From a virus, in IMG/VR virus record IMGVR_UViG_3300020205_000565, positions 1 through 64,000 of that record: a stretch of 64,000 nt of DNA; one strand, 5' to 3'. The notes beneath the pieces were generated by a model. The model saw only the letters and a program-made list of their open reading frames with translations, searched no databases and was not told the origin of the DNA. Position 1 is the first letter of the stretch. Every line of letters begins with the position of its first letter. Of the stretch, positions 8,280 through 20,200 are shown piece after piece. The position numbers were made by a program, and so were the translations under genes.

Positions 8280-11200
8280 TTAACATTTTTTATTTTGCTC
8301 AATGATCTCATCATCTGTAATAGGCTGTCCTTCTTGGACAACAGCTCTTCCTTGAGGAAGTAATAAGTAATGAGGATTGATGTACCCAAAGTTACGATAT
8401 AATTGTTCTGATAGATACAAGAATGTTTGCGGCGCAGTCCCTTTTAAAGTAGGTCTGCTAATAGTCGGAGCATTCTCTACGTATCCGATCATGTACTGAC
8501 CGTAACCAAAGTCGTCAAATACTAAGTACTTCTGGGGACCAGGTTCAGCAAGATATTCTTTAATATCTTTAATCGCTTCGTCGATCATCTCTTTATTATT
8601 ATCTAAAGTTTCATCGGTTAATGCATCAGACATATTAATTTTATCTGAACCTACCTTGGTAGGGGAAGGTCCAACCTTAGTAGAAAGACCAAAACCATTA
8701 TCACCTAATGCTCTCCATACGCTATTTGTTCCAGCAGTATTTCCTTTTAGATTTAAGAAGTCATTAAATATCATTAAAGCATTCGGGTAATCCTGTCTAA
8801 TGATTCGAGCAGTCTCTTCAGTAAGAACTCCTTTTCCAGCAGTACCAGAAACTTTATCTAAAGCATATCTAAAAGTTCTAAGTCCTGTAACATTATCTTC
8901 TAGGATAGACAGAAGCTTTGAGGATGCAATATCTTCCTCGGTCTTATAGAGTTTACCAGTTTCAGATGGTACTAATGTTTTATTATCGAAATCATTATTA
9001 AAGTCTATAGAAGGTGTTACTCCTTCTGCTTTATTTGTAAAGGCATAGGCAATATTTGTAGCTCTAGAAAGCGCAACATACTTCATTTGATTTCTTTCTT
9101 CGGCGTCCTTAGAAATATCAATAGTGTCTAGATCTACGAATATGTTTGTATAAGTAGAACCTTGAGACTTGTGAATAGTATGAGCATATCCATAGTCAAG
9201 AGTTTTCTTTAGGACTGTTCTAAGTTTACCTGTTTTAGGATCAACCTTATCTCCTTGTACTTTTCTATTTAAAGCGAAGGAGTTCATAAAATCGTACCAG
9301 TGTTTAAACAAAGAACGGTTTTTATTACCGAGTGCTGCTAATGCCTCACTTTGGCGACCTAGTTCTTTAAACTGCTCCTCACTATTACTGTTATCAAGTA
9401 TGAATACTTCTACCGGTTTAATTTTAGAATCGGATATATCCTGAAGAGTAATATTATATCCTGACATTACCATTGGTTGTAAATTTAAACCAGCATCTCT
9501 TAATGCTTTTTCTCCAACGTTTTTACTTTCAACATATTCAACATTAGTTACTACATAATCGACAGAGTTATTAATTGAATAAACACCTTGTCTATTTTTA
9601 TTATAGTTATCATACCCCATTAAGATTTCTCCTACAACGTATGGTTCAGAATAACCAAGACCTTTACGTATAACTTCATTAAGTATAGTAACTCTTTCAT
9701 TAGTATAGGTTATTGCTCTAACAAAGTTTCTATTGGTTTTAAAACTATCTGATTGAAAAGCTTTTACCACATCTTTAGCAAATTGCTTCCCTGAATCAGT
9801 AAATACTATTCCTTGATTACCAATAATTTCTGACTTGTATCCAAATGTTGGAAATTCAGACTTCATGTTATTACGAATAGAATCCAAGATTGGTCCTAAA
9901 GGATTATCTCCGGCCTGACGTTCAACTTGAGTAAGCTCAGACTTATTAGTTACCTCTTTAAATACAGGAGAATTTTCTTTTTCTAGCGTTACAGTATTAC
10001 CATCTTCTTCTGAAACAGGTTTAAGCTGTGCGGGGTCACCGATAAATATTACTTGTTGTTGATTCTTTTCAGCTCTTTGTTTTATAAAGTCAAATAAGTC
10101 TGGTCCAATAAAAGATGACTCGTCTATAATAAGAACGTCAGTAGGAAATGCTCCATCAGCAACAATGCTCATATTAAGTTTTTCTAGATCAACTTGCGTT
10201 GGATCTATATTAGGAGCTAGCGCTAAAACATTATGAATTGTTTTAGTCTGTCTACTAATAGCATTGGATAACACTCCTTTAGCTTTATGAGTAGTAGCAG
10301 TAACATCGTTACTGATGTTTCTTTTTCTTAGATATTCAAGTAAGATTTTAGTAATACTTGTTTTACCCGTACCAGCATATCCCATAAGGGTATACATGTT
10401 ATCGGTAATATCTTTAGATGTTGTATCAAAGCCCTTGCTTATAAATTCTGCAATGTTATTAAGAGCTTCTACCTGCTGATCGTTTGGTGTAAAGGATATA
10501 CCTAACTGTGTTAAGTTAATGGGTATACCTCCTACCATAACGTTTCTAGCTTCAGCTTCTTCAGCAGCTCTCTCTGCTTCAGCAGCAGCTTCAATAGATC
10601 TTTGAAGAGCCTCTGGATCTAGATTGTATATTACATTTTCAGGTATGTTACCCTCGGCATCTGCTATTTTTGCAAGTAGCGGATTAGTAGCCCAGTTTTT
10701 AATTTTCTTACTTAGATAGTTACTTCTTAAGTACTGACTAGTAACGAATGTATTCTGGTAATCTCTGAGCACTTGCTCTATCTCATCATATTTTAGTTCC
10801 TCTGTAAACTCCTTATATGGTTTTTCAAATAGGGCCATAGACATTTCTGTCGGTACTGCACGAACCATAGAGAATGTACTTCTTGTATCTGTACCAGACT
10901 GTAGTATAGAGAACAAACCAAACTTTTGGAATAGGTTAGATATTCTCTCGTTCTCTACAGGATCTGTTGACTTGATAACACTAGGATTTGCTAAGTCTTG
11001 TAAGTTGTTATGGTAGATGTTTAGATCATCTGCCGTATACAAAGTATTAGCAAACTTTAAGTTAGTAAGAGTAGTAGTTGTATAAGGTTTAGTTACCGCT
11101 TCTAGGTTTGAGAGTACTGAATACTTTTCAAACAAGTCCGGGTTACTTTCTTTAAGCTGCATGATCTGACGACCATACGCCTTCTCCCCATAGAATAAAT

Positions 11201-14200
11201 GACCATGAAGATTTAGATTACCTAATGCTTTATCTCTAAGTACAGACTCATAAGCTTTATACTCAGGTGTGTATTTCTCATCAGCCTGGTTCTTATAGTG
11301 AGCTAGATATTTTTTATAGTCAGGAGTGGTACTGATATTCTCTTTAGAATTCTCAGGATAGCTTCTTAATACTTCTCTCTCGAATACGAACTTGGTAAAC
11401 AATTGTTTACCTGTTACAGGATCGTACATATCAAATACAATGTTATCTACCGGCGCAGCAAACTGCCATGCGCTTTGTTTACTGTATTGCTTAGTAGCAA
11501 ATAAACTATTGATCTGATTTCTATCTACGTATAAGGTACCTTCTTTTACTCTAGCAGCAGCTTTTAAATTCTTTACATCTTCTATCTCAACTTCTACATC
11601 CTTACCTTGGTATGACTTAGTAGCGGGATTGAACTTATAATAAGATCTTTGGAATAAGAAACTCATAAGATCGTTTCTCAACGTTCTCTGTAATGTTTCG
11701 TCATCCATACCTGTAGCTTTTTTAATACCGAATGAAAGATTCTTACCGTCTCCTTGTCTACGGAATATATTCTGAACCATGTTATTTACCTGTTCGCTAT
11801 CACGTAGAGGAAACAAATTATGATATCTGTCGATAATAAAGTCTTGAATCTTAAATGCACTGATAGGCGACTCTTCTGAGATCCTTCTGATTGACTCTGC
11901 ACTAATACCATTTGTAAGATTATCCATTTTCTCTAGCTTCATACGAGCATCAAGCAGTGTGCTAGTCTTATCGTTATCAAACTTAAGAGCCTGTGTAAGC
12001 TGTGTAATCTGACCGGCCATTTCTTGAATCATAATAAACTGAGAGAATACAGCTCTATCTAATTCGTTGTAACCTTCTCCTTCTTTTTTCTTAAGATTCT
12101 TTTTAAGCTCTTCTTTTGAATAATCCTCAAGCTTAGGAGCAGACTCATTTAATAGTTCCCAGATAAGAGTCTTATCATAAATAGGATTGTCTCCACGTAG
12201 TCTCTTATTTAAATATTTTGAAGGATCATTTGTAAAGCCGTTCTCTTTATTAAACAGTATTTCATTACGAGCTTCTATTCTGTGGAATAATCCTACATCC
12301 TCCTGACCAATAGGTACAGCAAACTTACTCTTAAGTAAGCGTTGTTTGCCTAAGAATTCCTTGATGATCGGTTGCGATACAAAATAGATTGCTTGGTCAA
12401 TAGGTACACCGGCCTGAATCATAAATAACAATGAAGGTATAACCTCCTTGTTACCTTGAATATCAAAGATCCATGCATCTTTTGCAACGTCTACCGCTCC
12501 ATTAATCATTTGGTTAATGATATCAGCAACACGATTACTTAAGTCAGCAGAGTAAGCAGATGATAAAGATATATTACCGTCAATATTATTATGCGGTAAG
12601 TATAAAGTTTGGTCTGCATATACCTCAGTACCATCCTCCTTATAGGTAAGGATACGATCTTTGCTCATTACTAATCCAGTACGTGCAAACAAAGTATTAA
12701 ATGTATTTGCTACTGCAATTATACCAAGTACCGCTTTACCAATACTATTAGACTGATGCTTATATAAGTTACGGCCTAGCTCAAATATTTCTGTTGGTGA
12801 GCGCTTACCTCCAGGAGCTTCTCCTCTATCTATGAAAGCCATGTCATTAGCAATACCTTTAAGGATGTCAATACCGTTAGGAGTAATAAGTTTAATTCTA
12901 TTCTCCTGCATTGAAAGAATACCTACGCTGTCTTTAATCAAAGCGTTTTCTATACCCTTAACTGATTTTCTACTCTTGTCTAGTTTAACAGTGATCTCTT
13001 CCTCTGATAGATTATCTACTAATTCTAAGATCATAACCTCTTCATCAGTGAATGCTTCTTCGTTATCTAGGTCAGCATACTTTTCTTCTAACTCGTTAAT
13101 CTCTTCTCTAGTTACATCGCGGCCGAACTCTTCGCTAATAGCTTTGATACTCTTATCAGAAATCTTTTTATACTTAGCTGAAATGTTAGGCATCATTGTA
13201 AACATCTTATCGATGTCAAAGTCACCACCTGATTTAGCTACAATCTCTGCTGGAAGAATTACAATGTTACCTGCTTCTTCTGGTAAGAATTCAAATACCT
13301 CCATGAATTCCATAGAGTTAAGACCCTGTACTGGAATACGTGCAGCTACTAGTGTAACAAATGATCTGTTTTTATCTACAGGTTCTATTTCAGAAACTCC
13401 TGTAAAGTTTTTAGCACCGCCTGCTAAGTAAGCTTGGTATTGAGCTTCTGCGTCCTCTACTTTATCTACAACTATAATGTCCAGGTTTGCTCCGTCCTTT
13501 GACTTAACTGTATCATGAGTATAGTAGTCTCCAAGAATTTTAATTCCGTGATACTCTCCACCTTTAACACGTTCTCCATCTTTAGTGTTAGGAGTAAGCT
13601 GAGACATTAATTCAGGGGTCAACTCTGATTTAAGCACAAACAGTTTAGTGTCGCCTTTAGTATTATCTAGTTTAGCAAAAGCTTTACTGTATATTTCCTG
13701 GTTAGGATTAATTGGTTTATCTAACCAGTTTTCATCTTTAATTAATCTATTAAGAGCTTGAATAGGAGTGATACCAGTCTTAGCTAATGCTAATACATCA
13801 GGATGATATAATAATTTTTTGAATCCGCCTTGAAGAGCAATCTTAATCTTCATTGCTGCAGTAGAGCCATCCGCTTTCTTACGGTAGAATGTTAATCCAT
13901 TGGTACCATAGTTCTGAATCTCTTCTTCTGTAGCGTTACGCATATCGTTATTAGCGTTTTCAAATCCTACTCCAGATACTTGAACTAATGTTTCTCCAGT
14001 AATCTTTTGGTTGATCAAACGCTTTTGTATAACGGCAACTAAAAGCTTCTCTATCTTATCAGCAGAAAAGGATAGGTCTAAGCTTTGCTTAGGTTCTTTA
14101 GTAATACCATCATAATCTATAAAGTCAATCTCGTGATCCGATAAGTCTTGTCTTGTAAGTTCTTTCTTAACAAAGTCAAGAAGGCTCTTCATGTCAGATC

Positions 14201-17200
14201 CAATTTCTTTTACAAGCTTGTCTTTCTTAAGTTGAACTAACGCTTCTAGGTTAGCCTCATATCTTATAAGTCTCTTGTAGTTTTTAGATGACATCTTCTC
14301 TTCCTTAGAAGCAGCTTCCCAAGCTTGTATTCTTTCCCATGGATCAGCAAAGTCAAATGTTTTCCAGTCTGTTGGAACTCCATTCTCCATTAAGCCATCC
14401 TCAATAAGTTTACGAAGCTGCGTAGAGAAAGTAACCTTCTCGTTAAAGTGGTCGTGTACTTCCAACTGATCTTTAAAGTAATCCATAAAGATTTCGTTAG
14501 GCGTAAATTCAAAGCCCTCCTCGTTAATAGCTAATGTCTTATTAGTATTACTCTTAGAGTCATTATAGAATTTATCAACAGTACCATTTTTAGTCAGGCT
14601 GTTAATCTTGGAACCTGACTTTAATAATGCATAGTCAATTCCTTTCTCTAACATTTTTGCTTGAAGCTGATCTAAGTTCTTACCCTTAATTATATTAGGG
14701 ATAAGAGGCATCAAAGAGAACTTATGGAATCCCAGTACTGGTAGACCCTCTGTCTTAAGTGCTCCCCAGTATTGCATTTTTTTAACAGGGAAGAATTTAA
14801 GAACATCTTCTGTAACTTCTTCTCCCTTAACAATCTTATTATAAATAGATTCTTGTACAGGGCTCCATTTTTTTAGTGACATAAGTAACGCGCGGTATGC
14901 ATCAAAGTTTATCCAACCTTGTCCATCACCTTCTGTCATTCCAGCATATTCGCTGAATCGTTTTGTTATAGCAGCTATAGTTTGAGCAATCTGTTCCTTT
15001 GAAGCTTTAAGTTTTGTAAGACGATCTGTCTCAAACTCTATTGCCTCTTTTAAATACTCCTCGTAATATACCGATTGAGTTTTAGCATCTTGCATTACTG
15101 CAGATGTCATAGTCTTACCAAACTTCTTTGGTTTAAACCCAAGTCTTGCCGCCTCACTGCTAGCTGCAAGTTTAGCATTAATATACTCTTGCATGTATAT
15201 ATCAGTACGTGGGATTCCTCCAGTAGCTCCGAGACCGGAATTACGTTTGAAGAAGTCAGCCTCGTCTTTAAATAAAGCAGGATCTCCGTAGAATACTAAA
15301 GTAGTCTCAAGTGTATGTACCCAGCTGTTTGCTACATAAGCTTCAGCCATGTCTTTTAACAACTGTTCTCTACGTTCAGTAGTAAGAGCTTGTGGAGATC
15401 TAACCCCCATCTTGTTTAATACTTGATCAGCCAACTGAGGATTATTATAAAATCCCATATCAGCTAATGACTGCTCAAACTCTTCTACCTGACCTGATAA
15501 ATAGTTTCCTATCTGTTGTTCAATAGAATTTTTTAACTCTACTCTCTTAGGATCATTAAGATACTTTTCGAGATCTTCTTTTGTAAGAACAGGTTCCGAT
15601 AAAGAGGAAGTACGAGCTTTCTTTATTTTAGTTTTCGTTGTCTCATCTAAGATCTTATCAAAGATTACAAACTCTGATCCTGCTTCTGCATAGGTTTTAT
15701 CTCCTACGGTAGCTAGACCTGCGGGATCTCCATCTTTAAGTTTCTGAATACGTTCGTACTCTGCGCCTAGATGTTCAAATAAGTCTTTAGTAAATTGTAT
15801 TCTACCCGCAGATGGCGCCTCAGAATTAGATCTTTGTGTAAAGGATGCAAGATCAATTAAATGCTTTAATGCTTTACCTTTTGGATCAGTAGCAATTAAT
15901 CTATATAGGTATGTAGTAGATTTATCAGAATGACGAGTAGCCTCTGATACTCCGTACAACATCATCATATAGAAGTCTTGTAAAATCTTTGTGGTCTCAT
16001 CAGCATTTGATGAAGCAATACCGCTTTCATTTACCAGACCTTTAACGTTAGTTATTTCTACAGAAGTACCTGACATATTTAACAGCTCGATCTGAGCTCT
16101 TACTACATCACCGTAACTTGATTCGTATACAATCTTTTTTCCATTCTCATCAAATAATCTTCTCATGATCTTTGATGCCTTCATAAAAGGATTACGAGAC
16201 GTAGATAAGTGATTCATACTTAAGTCATCTGCATTACTAACGCCTTCTTGTGTAAGATCGGTTAGTGTCTCAGCGGCATTAATATTATCCACCATGTTCA
16301 TTAACGTACCACGTAGAGATTTCTCGTATTGGTTTTCTCCTTCAGCATTAGATACGGTAGTATCAGAGAAGTCATCTGACCAAGTAAGGTGGAAGTTCTG
16401 TATAGTATTATACTTAATAGATACACCACTAAGCTTATTACTTACTTTAAAGTCATCAATAGCAACTTTATATTCTTTAACTATATCACTAGGCTTTCTG
16501 ATTATAATCGGATTTGCTCCAGCATACTTATTATTATACGGATAGATACCATATAGTATAGTCGTATGTACATCATAGATAGCCTTAAACGTAGGATTGT
16601 TTTTATTGGATAGAGCTTTACGTACGGTAGCGTTATTTTCTAACGGCATACCTATGGCCTCCATAAATTCAAATACAGTATTTAAGTTGTTTATAGATAA
16701 GGTACGATTAAAGTTTTCTGCAACAGCCTGGATATTTAGCGTATTAACGTTATCTGCTCCTACTGTAATGTATTTACCTGGAGCTGCTACAGCAAAGTGG
16801 TTATCCCATTTGGCACCAACCTTACTGTATTCACCACCTGCTCTAGTAGGAGTAACTTTAAATGTAGTTACCTTTTCTTTAATAGGTTTGTTACCCTCCA
16901 TTAAAACTTCTCCCGTCTCTGGATCTACAGCCTCTATCATCTGTGTAGAGAAAGAAGCACGTAATGCCATAAGCGGGATACGCTTCATAGTAAGGATAGC
17001 AGTAATCTCTGTCCACAACTCTTGAGAGCTAGTCTCCATGTTAGATGGTAGTCCTACCTTAGCAAGGAATTGTCCAATAGCCGGGTAATCTACCGCAGCC
17101 TCAGCAAGTCTATTATAAACATCTTGGATATTTCTAGATCCGTCTGTAATGTTATAGATACGATTCCATGCAGCATTAGGATCCATAAGTTGAGGGAAGC

Positions 17201-20200
17201 CTAGTCTGTTCTCTCTAACTGTACCGTCAGGCTTGTAGGCATATAGACCACGAATAGTGTATAGAAGAATAGAAGATGCTTTCTCCTTACCTGACATCTC
17301 GTTACCAGATTTAGATTCGAACTCGTTCTTGATAGCTAATTTACTATCATCGACCTTATCCATCTCCGTCAGCTGTCGGTCATCGAACTCCATAAACTTA
17401 CTAGTCTCCATGTGGTACTTCATCACCCCTGTTGGCTTAAGAACCTCATCGGGCTTACCAAAGTGTTTTACCGCATAGGCTAGTGTATCTAGTTCATAGT
17501 CTATATCTTGTGTATCTAGTCCTTTAGCTTCCATGTCAGCTCTATCTAGATATACGTTCTCTAACTGTTTAGTCAGTTCTTGTAATACGTATTTGTATAC
17601 TGTAATCCGTCCTTTTACTGTACGGATAGCAGCAGTAGTAAATACATTAGTCTTACCTCCGTTTAGTTTAGATATCGCCTCAACGAATAATGAATCTACA
17701 GTAGACCCTATTAATTGAGATGTCTCATAGTCTAGTTTAGATTTGCCGATTTTATCCTGTGGAGTAGTTGTAGTTACTACCTTATTCAAAGTAGTAAATA
17801 CTCTATTAGCCTGGTCAAATGTAAACTGGTTTAGATCTCCTACTCTTAGTTTCTCGTACAGCTCGTTAGTATAGCTGTTATTGTTACCATTAGTAATAAC
17901 GTCATCAGCATTAGTCTTACCGAACAATGACTTTAAGAATTCAAATATCTTTTGGAAGATGTTCTTCTTAACAGGAGTCTTGTCTAGTACTTTCTTTCCT
18001 TTGCCGAGCATATACTCGCGGAAGTCTTCTGCTAAGTATTCTTCTAGCTGTTCTTCCGTAGCCTCTTTAAAAGTTACAGTACTTCCGTCAAATGCCACAA
18101 ACGATCCTTTGTTGGATCTTGTCTCGTCATATAGTTTCTCTCTTTCTACACTAGTCAAGAACATCTGTGTAAAGCCATGCCATGCTTCGTGGTATAGATC
18201 AGAGTAATCCGATCCTTTAAACAGTGTAATACCGTTTACATCCCAGCGAGCAATACCGTTTTTAGTAGCAGTATTGATAGCATTGAACATTACCTTAAAT
18301 GGTATATGTTCCTTAAGCGGACTGTTCTCGTACCAGGTTTTAGCTAAGGCAATCTGTTCTCTAGTTGCTTTAAGATTACCCTGAATACCTAACTTGTTCT
18401 TACCGTTCTTATTGATGAAGTCATCATCGTTCATCAAGTCATCTAATGCGCTGCTATCAGCACTTGATCTTCCCCTACGGAATATCTGTTGAGCCTCTAT
18501 CTTCTGTACAACCTCTTCTGCTTTTTGCTCTACTGGCGTAATATCAGTAGGAGTTTTAGTTCCCTCTAAAATAGATAGTTCTGTATCATAGTTTACGGAT
18601 TTACCTAATTGATAATAGAACGGACTCTGTATAAGAAATGAATCAACAACATCTTTTAATTCTGATTCACTTATATTACTCTTATCTAACTTACCTATTT
18701 CTTTTAGCGTACGATCAATGAGACTTAAAGTCATATCATCTTTACCTACTGGTGTATACACAGTAGATGCTTTTTTAAGTACGGCCTCAATTGTATTAAT
18801 TGTAGAAAGTGGAGTACCCTTAGCAAGAAGTTCTTTAAATGCCTTACGAATATTCTTTCCTCTAACACCTATAAGTGCAGTAATACCACGAAAGTCAACT
18901 TGCAGCTCGCCTGCTGCTACAGCTTCTTGTCTCTCCGCTCTTTGTTTTATTAAACTTTCATCATTTTTTGTTGCACCTTCTATTTGAGATTTAAATGCCT
19001 TAACTGCCTCAGATCCTGGTAGATTAACTTCTTTTGCAGCTTTAGGAGCTTGCTTAGTCTTGCCAAAAGTTTTTTCGTATACTTTACGTATAGCTCTTGA
19101 AGCAGCCTCCTCTTTTTCTTTTCCCTTATATTTTCCAGTATCTGTGGTAGTACCCCACTTAGTTACTTTACCACTAGCGTCTTTTTCTAATGGCATAGGG
19201 TATGATTCAATATCTCTTGATCCTACGCCTGCAAAGTTCTTAGTAAGGGTTGGAACTTCAGTATTTGTAAATTTAGTTCCGTCCCATTTTGTCCAGCTCT
19301 CACTTGTAATATCCCAAACATAAACAGGTTTGTTTAACTTAATACCGAGTTGTACTGCCGTATTAGTTCCGCCTGTTACAGCATCTCCTTTTTTATTTAA
19401 AGTAGCAACCGCAAATACAGAATCTGAATTAGCAACTTGGTAGTAGTTTCTTACTTGTAAGTTTCCTTCAGTAGTGTTTGGATATCTTTTACCTAATAAC
19501 TTTTCTACCTCATCTCTTGCAGCTTCCATTTGTTCTTCTGTAAGAACAGTAGCTTGCACACCGGCAGCTTTAAGTTGTTTAGATAAGGTAGTATTAGCTT
19601 TTTCTCTATAGTGTCTATGTTGTATAACACCGAATTCTCTACCAACTAAATCCCAAAAAGTATCTCCGCCGTATGCTCCTCCAGAATGATTAACAAACTC
19701 TTCTGGTTTATTTTCTGTAGTAGGTTTAGTTTCTTTTAAAGCAGCTAGTTCTGCATTGTATTTAGAATCTAACCATTCTTCAGCAGCCTTGTATGGATCA
19801 GGATATTCATTGATATCAAATGATTTTTGTTCTCCGTGATTCTTAATTATATACGAGTCCTGTGCAATTGGCTTTACTGCGTCTAACTCATTATAATTAA
19901 AAGGTCTTACATAAGTAACAGTAACAGCAGTTACTTGATCTGTTTCATTATCTACCCTCTCTCGTAAGCTAATTAAATTTTTTCTTCTTTCTATATCAGC
20001 TACTCTAGGATCTGTAGGTTTAGTTCCTTGTAAACGGCTAATTATTATATCATACTTATCATAAATAACTTTATAGATACCATATAAAACACCTGGCATG
20101 TTACCCTGCTTTTCACCATAGGTATCAGGATAGTCATCTATATTAGGTATTGCTTTACGAAGATCTATTTGTTCTTGCGCTCTAAGCTTAGTTACTTTTT

